A stretch of 64,000 nt of DNA from an uncultured Myxococcales bacterium. Its GTDB lineage: Bacteria > Myxococcota_A > UBA9042 > GCA-2863065. The position numbers and the translations under genes were made by a program. Below the pieces are notes generated by a model. That model ran no database searches and was not told the origin of the DNA. It was given only the letters and a program-made list of their open reading frames with translations. Shown one piece after another: positions 57,171-64,000 of the stretch (the stretch's first letter is position 1; every line of letters begins with the position of its first letter). The DNA is taken from contig CAZJHX010000014.1 of the NCBI GenBank assembly GCA_964545715.1, positions 17,789 to 81,788 on the forward strand, written 5' to 3'.

Positions 57171-57935
57171 TTAGAAACAGATGCTGATCTGAGAGATCGA
57201 GCCGTCGACGTTGGTGACCTCGCAGGACTGCAGCGTCAGCTTCACGTCGGTGAGCTTGGAGTGGGTCACGATCGGCTGCGCCTCGGCCCAGTATTTGGGG
57301 TGCAGGTCTTCGCCCGCCTTCATTGCAAAAGCGCGCATCGTATACTGGCCGGCATACAGGTTGTCGATGACGATGCCCCGTGCCGCATCGTAGAGCACGC
57401 GGCCGGGGACGTTCTGCTCTGCCTCGACGACCGCCAGCTCCGGGTTGCACGGCAGGCTCTCCTCGTAGATGCGGTTGGAGTGCGTGTCCCAGATGTTGAT
57501 GATGACGGTGTCGACGCCCGCGAAGCCGCACAGCTCGCCGTCCTGAAAGCGCCAGGTGACGTCCATGCCGCCGGGCATCTCGGCCATCTCGACGCGCGGC
57601 GCGATTGTCACGGTGCCTTCACGCACGTTGATGCCCGAGACAAAGCCCGTGTACGTCGGCAGGTCGGACGCGGCGCGGAAGCCGTCGACCTGGACGGTGT
57701 AGTTGCCGCCGGGGACGTCGGGGATCGTGACCTGACCCAGCTGACAGGCCGAGTTTTCGGTCGAGTACAGGCCGTTGGCGTCAAACAAGCTCACGCGCAC
57801 CGACGAAACGCCGCTGGCGCCGCATGTCGAACCGCCGATGGTCCAGCTGACGTCCAATACACCGGGTCGGGCTGAATCCTCGCCGCCGCAGCCGATGAGA
57901 AGGAGGAGTGTAAGGGGGATGGCCAGATGCTTCAT
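57171..57935 (-). CDS. Hypothetical lipoprotein
   Basis: The start at MKHLAIPLTLLLLIGCGGED (lipobox) is preferred over the upstream ORF-track Met. Beta-rich, with no known domain. Confidence 0.6.
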   Translation of the reverse strand: MKHLAIPLTLLLLIGCGGEDSARPGVLDVSWTIGGSTCGASGVSSVRVSLFDANGLYSTENSACQLGQVTIPDVPGGNYTVQVDGFRAASDLPTYTGFVSGINVREGTVTIAPRVEMAEMPGGMDVTWRFQDGELCGFAGVDTVIINIWDTHSNRIYEESLPCNPELAVVEAEQNVPGRVLYDAARGIVIDNLYAGQYTMRAFAMKAGEDLHPKYWAEAQPIVTHSKLTDVKLTLQSCEVTNVDGSISQISICF

Positions 57936-58093
57936 TCGTCGTGCCTCGTTCGAGTTGTGACCCGAGCGGTTGGACGCGGCACCCACAGCTTCATTCAATT
58001 TTTTGCAGTCGCAACGGTGCCACATTACTTTTTTTGTATGAGGCCCCCCCGGGTCTTCGTCAAAAAAACCGCACTGACCCCCGGAGTATCTCC

Positions 58094-59074
58094 GTGAACA
58101 CAAGAACCGTCATATCGCTCGCCTGCGCGGCGGGCCTGATCGCTGTCAGCGGCGGCTGCGCGCAACTAGAAAAGAACATGAAGAGCCCCCATCCGATGGA
58201 GCGGAACTTCGGCCACATGTGGTTCAACAGCGCGACGCAGGTCTATCCGGCGCTAAAGGCCGCGGCGCCTCAGAATGAGCGAACGCCGCGCCGCGACGCC
58301 GAAGCCGAGCGCCGGACGGCCACGATCACGCCGGTAGCGGCGCCGACGACGATCGCCAAAGCGCCCGCACCCGTCGCGAAGCCGACCGAGGTCAAGCCCG
58401 CGCCGGTGATCGCCGAGGCCCCCAAACGTCCGCGCGTCACAGCCCCGCCGCTGCCAACGATTCCGGCTCGTCTTCGCGCGCCCAAAGCTACCGAGGACCG
58501 CGGCCTGCACATCGAAGAGGTCCGCCCGCCCGCCAAGCCCGTGGCGCCCGAAAAGGGCCCGCTGGGCGACGGCACGCGCGCCGGAGAGCTGCTGGCCGCG
58601 GCCCAGCGTCTGGTCGGCATCCAGGAGAGCTTTGACGAGCGCGGCTTCCTGACCCACCTGCTGCAGGTCGCCGACGTCGACATCCAACCCAAAGAGTCCG
58701 AGAGCCTGGCCAAAGCGCTGTACGAGAAGCTCAACGAGAAGGACCGCGTCTACGGCCCGGCCCACTCGCCCGTGGCCGGCGACCTGATCTTCTTTCACAA
58801 CACGCTGGACCGCGACAAAGACGGCCGCGCGGACGACTGGTTCACGATGGCCGCCGTCGTCGAGCGCTCGGACGGCGACGGCACGGTCACGCTCATCGGC
58901 TATGCCCGCGGCGCGATTCGGCGCATGCACATGAACCTCAAGCACCCGTCGATCCGCCGCAACGAGATCACCAACAAGACCCACAACGACCTGCTGCGCG
59001 CCAAGAGCATGGAGGACCGCCCGTTCACGGCGTACCTCGCAGGCGAGCTCTTCGCCAGCTACGGCCGCCTCTAA
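58094..59074 (+). CDS. Hypothetical lipoprotein with a Pro/Ala-rich linker
   Basis: GTG start gives VNTRTVISLACAAGLIAVSGGCAQ (lipobox). A Pro/Ala/Lys-rich segment, then a globular C-terminal domain of unknown function. Confidence 0.5.
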   Translation: MNTRTVISLACAAGLIAVSGGCAQLEKNMKSPHPMERNFGHMWFNSATQVYPALKAAAPQNERTPRRDAEAERRTATITPVAAPTTIAKAPAPVAKPTEVKPAPVIAEAPKRPRVTAPPLPTIPARLRAPKATEDRGLHIEEVRPPAKPVAPEKGPLGDGTRAGELLAAAQRLVGIQESFDERGFLTHLLQVADVDIQPKESESLAKALYEKLNEKDRVYGPAHSPVAGDLIFFHNTLDRDKDGRADDWFTMAAVVERSDGDGTVTLIGYARGAIRRMHMNLKHPSIRRNEITNKTHNDLLRAKSMEDRPFTAYLAGELFASYGRL

Positions 59075-59721
59075 GGCCCCTTCAGCCTCACAAACCACGG
59101 ACGTCCGGGGCGGGTCACCAGCTCCGCGAGAATGCGCGGTCCAGGTGCGCAATAGCGACCGGCGGCCGGCTTGGCGCCAAAGCGTGACAGCTGCGCAGTG
59201 ACGTAGACGTCCGGGGTCTCGAGCAGCCGGGTTGCCTGCACGTCCGTGATCGTCACGCAGCCGCGCATAGCGATCGGGCGAACCTCGTCGCCCGGTCCCA
59301 CCTCGCACACGTTGGTGCCCAGCTTGTAGTGGTAGCCCACATCGGTGGCCGTCAGAAGGTCTGACGCGGCGGCGCAAGCCTGTTGCTTTGTCGGCGCGTC
59401 GGGCGGCATGGCGGCGCGATACGTTGCGGCGGCGCCGATAGCCAGAACGACGGCGCACGCCACAGCGGCCAGTCGGTATCGCGACGGCATCGCTTTTTCA
59501 GCGGGGTCCCAGGCCGGCACGCTCGGGACGTTCTCTGCGCCGCGCTCCTGCAACAGATCGCGGGCAGCGCGGCGTGCGGCGTACAGGTAGACGCCGTCCT
59601 CGACCCACGGGACGTCGCCGGCGGCTATCTCTCTAAGTTCGTCTTCACCCAGGTGCCGATATTGCCGCCGAAAAGCGGCCTCGACGCGGTCGTCGTTCAC
59701 TTGGCGGCCGACAGCGCGCAC
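59071..59721 (-). CDS. Hypothetical protein with one internal TM segment
   Basis: 216-aa frame with a hydrophobic stretch LAAVACAVVLAIGAAATY. It overlaps the dsbD-like gene by 25 nt, so it is probably co-transcribed. Confidence 0.45.
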   Translation of the reverse strand: MRAVGRQVNDDRVEAAFRRQYRHLGEDELREIAAGDVPWVEDGVYLYAARRAARDLLQERGAENVPSVPAWDPAEKAMPSRYRLAAVACAVVLAIGAAATYRAAMPPDAPTKQQACAAASDLLTATDVGYHYKLGTNVCEVGPGDEVRPIAMRGCVTITDVQATRLLETPDVYVTAQLSRFGAKPAAGRYCAPGPRILAELVTRPGRPWFVRLKGP

Positions 59722-62210
59722 TTGAGCTGTGGCTCGTGAATCGCGCTCTTGTGGACCCAGGCGATGTGGCCCTTGGGGTGGATCAGATAGGTCATCGGCA
59801 GCTCGCCGCTGGCCGCCTTGAAGACGTCCGGCAGCCCCGCCTCGTCCAGTGCCACGCCCGCGAACAGGGTGGTCTTGGGGTCCAGCTTGGTGTCCGCGGC
59901 AAAGGCCACGGCCGCATCCTTGCTGTCCGGCTCGTCAAAGGCCACGGTCAGAAACTTCACGTTGGGCGCGCTTTTCAGCGCCGGCGGGAAATCGGCCTTC
60001 AGCTCTTTGCGGCACGGCGCGCACCAGGACGCCCAGAAATTCAGCAGCACCCAGCTCCCGCGTAGTGACGACAGCGCGACAGGCGCGCCGCCGGAGAGCG
60101 TCGGATACTTCAACTCGACCAGCGGACCGTCGGGAGCCATGGCCGGCGGTGTGCAGCCCGCGGTAGGCGTGGGCTCCACCGGCGGCGGTGTCGGAACAAC
60201 CCTCTTCACGGGAGCGCCGCGCGGCTGCACAGTGGCCGTCGGCGTCTCGGGCTTGACGGCGGTAAACGCGGCCAGGCCCTTGTCCAAGAACGCCACGAAC
60301 TCAGCCGGGTCCTGCGTCATGTCGGCAAACGTGGCCAGCACCGTGTCATCGTAAGGGTTGATGATCGCGTAGAACGGCAGCGCGGCGGTGTCGAAGCGGC
60401 GCAGCTGCAGGTCGCGCTGCTCCTCGTTGACCTTGGCGGTGCCGTCCGTGTACGCCGTCACCCGCACCATCTGCTCCAGCCTGGAGCGCACCTCCGGCCG
60501 TGGGAAGACCGAGCCCTCCATGTAGCGGCAGTTCGTGCACGTGTATCCCGTAAAGTCGACAAAGACCGCCTGCGCGTTGGCCTTGCCCACCCGCATGCCT
60601 TTGGGGATGTCGTCGACAATCCACGAGAGGTGTCCGTCATGGCCACCGTCACCCTCGACCATCTGGCCCGGGTAGACCGCGGGTGGCAGCCAGCCGTCCA
60701 GCCACCCACCCATGCTCTTGGTGTCGCGAATGCCCGAGAACGAGTATGCGGCCACTGCGAACATGCAGATGGCAAAGAACATGCGAATCGGGCTGATCGT
60801 GCGCAGCGTGGGATCGTTGTGCGGCAGCGGGAAGAGACGCAGCAGGTACATGCCGGCCACGCCGAACGTGGCGACCCAGATCGTCAGCACGAACGGCCGC
60901 GTGACCAGCTCCCAGCCCCACAGCAGGTCCACGTTGGACAGAAACTTGAACGCGGCCGCAAACTCCAGGAAGCCCAGCGTGACCTTGACCGCGACCATCC
61001 AGTCGCCGCTCTTGCCGCGCAGCTTGTCCGCCCAGGATGGGAACATCGCCAGCAGGAAGAAGGGCACCGAAAACGCGGTGGAGAAGGACAGCATGCCGAT
61101 GGTGGGGAAGAACCAGTTGCCCTTGGCCGCCTCGGCCAGAACGATGCCGATGAACGCGACTGTGCAGGTAAAGGACACCAGCGTGAACGTCAGCGCCATG
61201 AAGAAGACGCCCGCCAGCTGGCTGGTCAGCGAGCCGTCGTCGTCGACCAGCTCCCGCTCTTTGTCGCTGGATCGGTTGATCAAGAAGCTCGGGATGTGGA
61301 TCTCAAACTGCCCGAACAGGTTGAACGCAAAGACGAAGAGCAGCCCGGCCAGGAACAGGTTGAAGTAGGGCGACGCGGAGATCGCCTGCATCCCGACCGC
61401 CCCGAAAACCAGCGACACGACCACGCCCAGCAGCGTGAACGTGGCGATGATCGAGATCGCGTAGACAGACGCCATGATGGCTGACCGGCGCAACGACACC
61501 GCGGCGAACTTGGAGAAGAAGCTGACCGTGATCGGGATCATGGGGAACACGCAGGGCGTCAGCAGCGCGGCCAGCCCGGCTAAGAACGCAAAGATGATGT
61601 ACCCGAGCATGCCGCCCTCGACCGGCAGGCCGCCCGTCTTGGGCGCAGCGGTGACAGACCCGGCAGGGGGCTTTCTATCCGGCGTGAAGGCGATACCGGC
61701 GAGCTTTGGCGGCTCGGCGTGACCAGCGCGCGGCGCGCCCGCCTGTATCGTCAGCGTCGGGCTGACCACCTTCTTGAACGGGATGCACCGGCTCTCGTTG
61801 CAGATCTGGCCGCGCGCGGTGACCTTGACCGGGACCGCACCCGCCGCGCCGACCACCTTGACCACCCGCGCGTGCGCGACCGTGCCGTCGTAGTACTCCA
61901 CCTCTTTTTGAAAGTTGGGATCCAGCTCGACGGTGGGCTCGGGCGCATACCAATCGCCGACCGGCTCCACAGCCCCGGCCTCCACCTGGATGCGCAGCTG
62001 CATCGGTCCCATCGGGATCTTCGTCATGCTGTACAGGTGATAGCCGGCGGGCACGGTGGCGCTCACCTGCAAGGTCACATGCTCGCCGGGGTGCGCGGTC
62101 GCCGGGTCAAAGGCCGCGTTCAGCTCGATCGCGGGGTCTTTGGCGGACGCCGCCGTCGCGAGGCTGAGAACAAGAAGTAGTACGGGGATGGGGCGGGGGA
62201 TGGGAGTCAG
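59697..62210 (-). CDS. dsbD: Thiol:disulfide interchange protein DsbD (alpha, TM-beta and gamma domains) fused to an additional C-terminal TlpA-like thioredoxin domain
   Basis: DsbD-alpha Cys pair (QICNESRCIPF). TM domain Cys residues (LTPCVFPMIP; FTCTVAF). Gamma CxxC (YTCTNC). A Pro-rich linker, then a TlpA-like domain with WASWCAPC. One continuous frame. The start is uncertain (probably CTG at 62210 before the signal peptide PIPVLLLVLSLATAASA). Frame upstream of that is UTR read-through. Confidence 0.75.
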   Translation of the reverse strand: MTPIPRPIPVLLLVLSLATAASAKDPAIELNAAFDPATAHPGEHVTLQVSATVPAGYHLYSMTKIPMGPMQLRIQVEAGAVEPVGDWYAPEPTVELDPNFQKEVEYYDGTVAHARVVKVVGAAGAVPVKVTARGQICNESRCIPFKKVVSPTLTIQAGAPRAGHAEPPKLAGIAFTPDRKPPAGSVTAAPKTGGLPVEGGMLGYIIFAFLAGLAALLTPCVFPMIPITVSFFSKFAAVSLRRSAIMASVYAISIIATFTLLGVVVSLVFGAVGMQAISASPYFNLFLAGLLFVFAFNLFGQFEIHIPSFLINRSSDKERELVDDDGSLTSQLAGVFFMALTFTLVSFTCTVAFIGIVLAEAAKGNWFFPTIGMLSFSTAFSVPFFLLAMFPSWADKLRGKSGDWMVAVKVTLGFLEFAAAFKFLSNVDLLWGWELVTRPFVLTIWVATFGVAGMYLLRLFPLPHNDPTLRTISPIRMFFAICMFAVAAYSFSGIRDTKSMGGWLDGWLPPAVYPGQMVEGDGGHDGHLSWIVDDIPKGMRVGKANAQAVFVDFTGYTCTNCRYMEGSVFPRPEVRSRLEQMVRVTAYTDGTAKVNEEQRDLQLRRFDTAALPFYAIINPYDDTVLATFADMTQDPAEFVAFLDKGLAAFTAVKPETPTATVQPRGAPVKRVVPTPPPVEPTPTAGCTPPAMAPDGPLVELKYPTLSGGAPVALSSLRGSWVLLNFWASWCAPCRKELKADFPPALKSAPNVKFLTVAFDEPDSKDAAVAFAADTKLDPKTTLFAGVALDEAGLPDVFKAASGELPMTYLIHPKGHIAWVHKSAIHEPQLKCALSAAK

Positions 62211-62232
62211 CGCAGAAGTGTGGTTGGTGTGG

Positions 62233-62679
62233 TTAGTCTTCTTCGGCTTCGTCGTTGTCGTCAGGGGAGTCGTCCGGCGCTTGCGGATCCAGAGGCTGCG
62301 GGCTGCCGTGACCGACACCGTCGCCCTGGCTGTCGTCGCAGTTCGGCGCGGGATCGAACTCGCCGCCGCCGCTCTCGGTGTCGCACTTCTCGGCGCCGGG
62401 ATCGCCCTCTTCGATGTGGCCTGGGAGGTTGGGCGGCGGGCTGCCGGACTCGCCCTGATCGGACTTGCCGTTTCGAGCGCTCGGGTTGGAAGCATAGCCT
62501 TCCTCCGACGTCTCTTCGCCTTGAGTCAGGGACTCTTCACCTGTCTCCGTTTTGGGATCGGGCTGAGTCTCTTCTGCCACCTCGTCTTCGCCAGGTCCCA
62601 AAAGGCACCCGTTGACAACCAACGCCAGCGCAACGAGCGCCAGCGCCACGAGGAACCGTCTTATGAGTCGGTCCGTCAT
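62233..62679 (-). CDS. Small highly acidic lipoprotein (148 aa)
   Basis: MTDRLIRRFLVALALVALALVVNGC lipobox. The remainder is D/E/G/S/P-rich and low-complexity. Confidence 0.5.
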   Translation of the reverse strand: MTDRLIRRFLVALALVALALVVNGCLLGPGEDEVAEETQPDPKTETGEESLTQGEETSEEGYASNPSARNGKSDQGESGSPPPNLPGHIEEGDPGAEKCDTESGGGEFDPAPNCDDSQGDGVGHGSPQPLDPQAPDDSPDDNDEAEED

Positions 62680-62687
62680 GCGTCCTC

Positions 62688-63986
62688 CTACCGAACCTTC
62701 ATCCGGTACTCTTTGATCTTCTGCGACAACCGCGGACGCTTCATACCTAGAAGCTTAGCGGCTTGCGTAATGTTTCCTCCAGTTTGGCGAAGCGCTTTTC
62801 CTATGCACTGGACCTCCAGCGCGCGCTTCGCCTCCCCAAGATTGAACCCCTCGTCAAGGGGCGCGTCATCGGCCATCGAGACCGCAACCGCACCAGCCAG
62901 CTCCTGCGGACGTGCATCGCGCAGCAGGGTGTAGGTTGTCAGCTCGTCGGCGGTGATCATGTCGCTCTGCGCAAAGAAATAGACACTGCGCAGCACGTTC
63001 TCCAGCTCGCGCACATTGCCCGGCCAGCGATACTTCCGCAGCAGCGCCGCCGCGTCGTCCGCCAGGCCAAGTCGCCGGCCGTGCTTTTCGGCCAGCCCGT
63101 CCAGAATCCGGTCGGTCAAAAGCTCGATGTCGTCGCCGCGCTCTCGCAGCGGCGGCAGATCCACGGTGAGCCCTTTGATTCGGTAGTACAGATCCAGGCG
63201 GAAGGTGCCCTCGGACACCATCGCCTCCAGGTTGCGGTTGGTCGCACAGATGATGCGCACATCCACTTTGATGGGCTTGCGACCACCGACCCGGCGGAAC
63301 TCCTGCTCCTGCAGGACGCGCAGCAGGCTGACCTGCGTCTTGGCGCTGATGTCCCCGATCTCGTCCAAGAAGAGCGTCCCGCCATCCGCCGCCTCAAAGG
63401 CGCCCAGCTTGCGAGCGACCGCGCCGGTGAAGGCGCCCTTCTCGTGACCGAACAGCTCGCTCTCCAGCAGCGTGTCGGCGAAGGCCGCCGCGTTCACCCG
63501 GATGAACGGCCGGTTGGCGCGGCTGGACTCGGCGCAGATCGCCTGTGCGACCAGCTCTTTGCCGGTCCCGGACTCGCCGATGACCAGGATGGGCGCCTCG
63601 CAGTCGGCCAGGCGCTCGATCATCTCAAACGCGCGAAGCAGCGAAGGCGAGCGGCCGACCATGCTGTGGAATCGATCGGACGGACGCCGCCGGACATCGA
63701 CCCGGGAGCGCCGTGTGGCCTTGACCGGTGCAACCACGGCGGCGGTCGGCTCCTTGCGGGCAGCCTCGAGGTCACGGGTCATCGGCAGCGCGTCAAACGC
63801 CTCGTGATGGGCGCTCGGAATGCGCTCTCGCAGCTCCGCCAGTGCGGTGGTTGCAGACGCGAGCAGACGCGTCGCCTCGGTTGGCTGGTTGCCGGCGCGA
63901 GCCGCCAGGGCCGCTTCGGTCAAGCCGACGACCACGCCGTCTCGCTGGCCCAAACGGCGCAGGGCGTCCACGGCCTCACACGCCAT
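62688..63986 (-). CDS. Sigma-54-dependent transcriptional activator (AAA+ enhancer-binding protein with a C-terminal Fis-type HTH). N-terminal sensory domain is not a receiver. May extend past the window edge.
   Basis: GESGTGKE Walker A, the GAFTGA sigma-54 contact motif (EKGAFTGA), the ESELFGHE, RVNAAA and DLYYRI motifs, and a C-terminal HTH (NITQAAKLLGMKRPRLSQKIKEY). Confidence 0.85.
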   Translation of the reverse strand: MACEAVDALRRLGQRDGVVVGLTEAALAARAGNQPTEATRLLASATTALAELRERIPSAHHEAFDALPMTRDLEAARKEPTAAVVAPVKATRRSRVDVRRRPSDRFHSMVGRSPSLLRAFEMIERLADCEAPILVIGESGTGKELVAQAICAESSRANRPFIRVNAAAFADTLLESELFGHEKGAFTGAVARKLGAFEAADGGTLFLDEIGDISAKTQVSLLRVLQEQEFRRVGGRKPIKVDVRIICATNRNLEAMVSEGTFRLDLYYRIKGLTVDLPPLRERGDDIELLTDRILDGLAEKHGRRLGLADDAAALLRKYRWPGNVRELENVLRSVYFFAQSDMITADELTTYTLLRDARPQELAGAVAVSMADDAPLDEGFNLGEAKRALEVQCIGKALRQTGGNITQAAKLLGMKRPRLSQKIKEYRMKVR

Positions 63987-64000
63987 GGTGTGAGCAGCCG

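Noticed and set aside
57940-58093. Possible sigma-54 promoter (TGGCAC on the minus strand near 57995) in the AT-richer divergent intergenic region, considered because of the sigma-54 activator at the window end
   Set aside because: The GG-N10-GC spacing is not satisfied (TGGCACcgttgcgactg gives GC at the wrong distance), so this is not a credible -24/-12 element.

Overview
This is a very GC-rich 64 kb chromosomal window. Nearly every antisense frame is open, which is typical of roughly 70 percent GC DNA, so many ORFs in the provided track are antisense artefacts. The gene content fits a myxobacterium (Deltaproteobacteria), possibly a marine Nannocystineae-type lineage: it has many large secreted lipoproteins with Cys-rich, thrombospondin-type-3 (DxDxDG) and beta-propeller repeats, a Rieske/cytochrome b-c respiratory module, and an IF-3 with a dsg-like C-terminal tail. 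I did not recognise any rRNA, tRNA, CRISPR array, transposase or integrase.

Recognisable housekeeping blocks:
- Rieske protein plus a cytochrome b fused to a di-heme cytochrome c (12281-14553, minus strand).
- A stand-alone GspE/PilB-family secretion ATPase (15344-17239).
- galE (24663-25637) and a lytic transglycosylase lipoprotein.
- A Liv-type ABC uptake operon with an acyl-CoA ligase embedded between the ATPase and permease genes (26325-32953).
- A nucleoside salvage operon, deoA-nupC-punA-cdd (43695-47724).
- infC (ending 51394), a FadL-like outer membrane protein, two tandem COG0720 (QueD/PTPS) genes, and a DsbD with an extra fused TlpA domain next to a sigma-54 activator at the right edge.

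Most worth a second look:
1. A TlpA-like thioredoxin-fold lipoprotein (3839-4834, minus strand) whose only ORF interruption is an in-frame TGA exactly at the first position of the redox motif (W-TGA-P-A-C, a UxxC motif), followed by a GC-rich hairpin. This is a candidate selenocysteine recoding event; a one-base error or a pseudogene are the alternatives.
2. Three adjacent paralogous secreted proteins (36648-41499), each with three copies of a roughly 160-aa domain I do not recognise (FNACGxKSEYNKVWHWK...GNWEYVCDVDF...KIMFDYD...VEIEFWFKQK), nine copies in all, flanked by an ABC-2 exporter.
3. A 482-aa protein with atypical composition plus a small TPR-like partner (1958-3835).
4. A DsbD-TlpA fusion carrying four redox Cys pairs (59697-62210).
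5. A small nucleotidyltransferase-fold gene pair (10646-11255).
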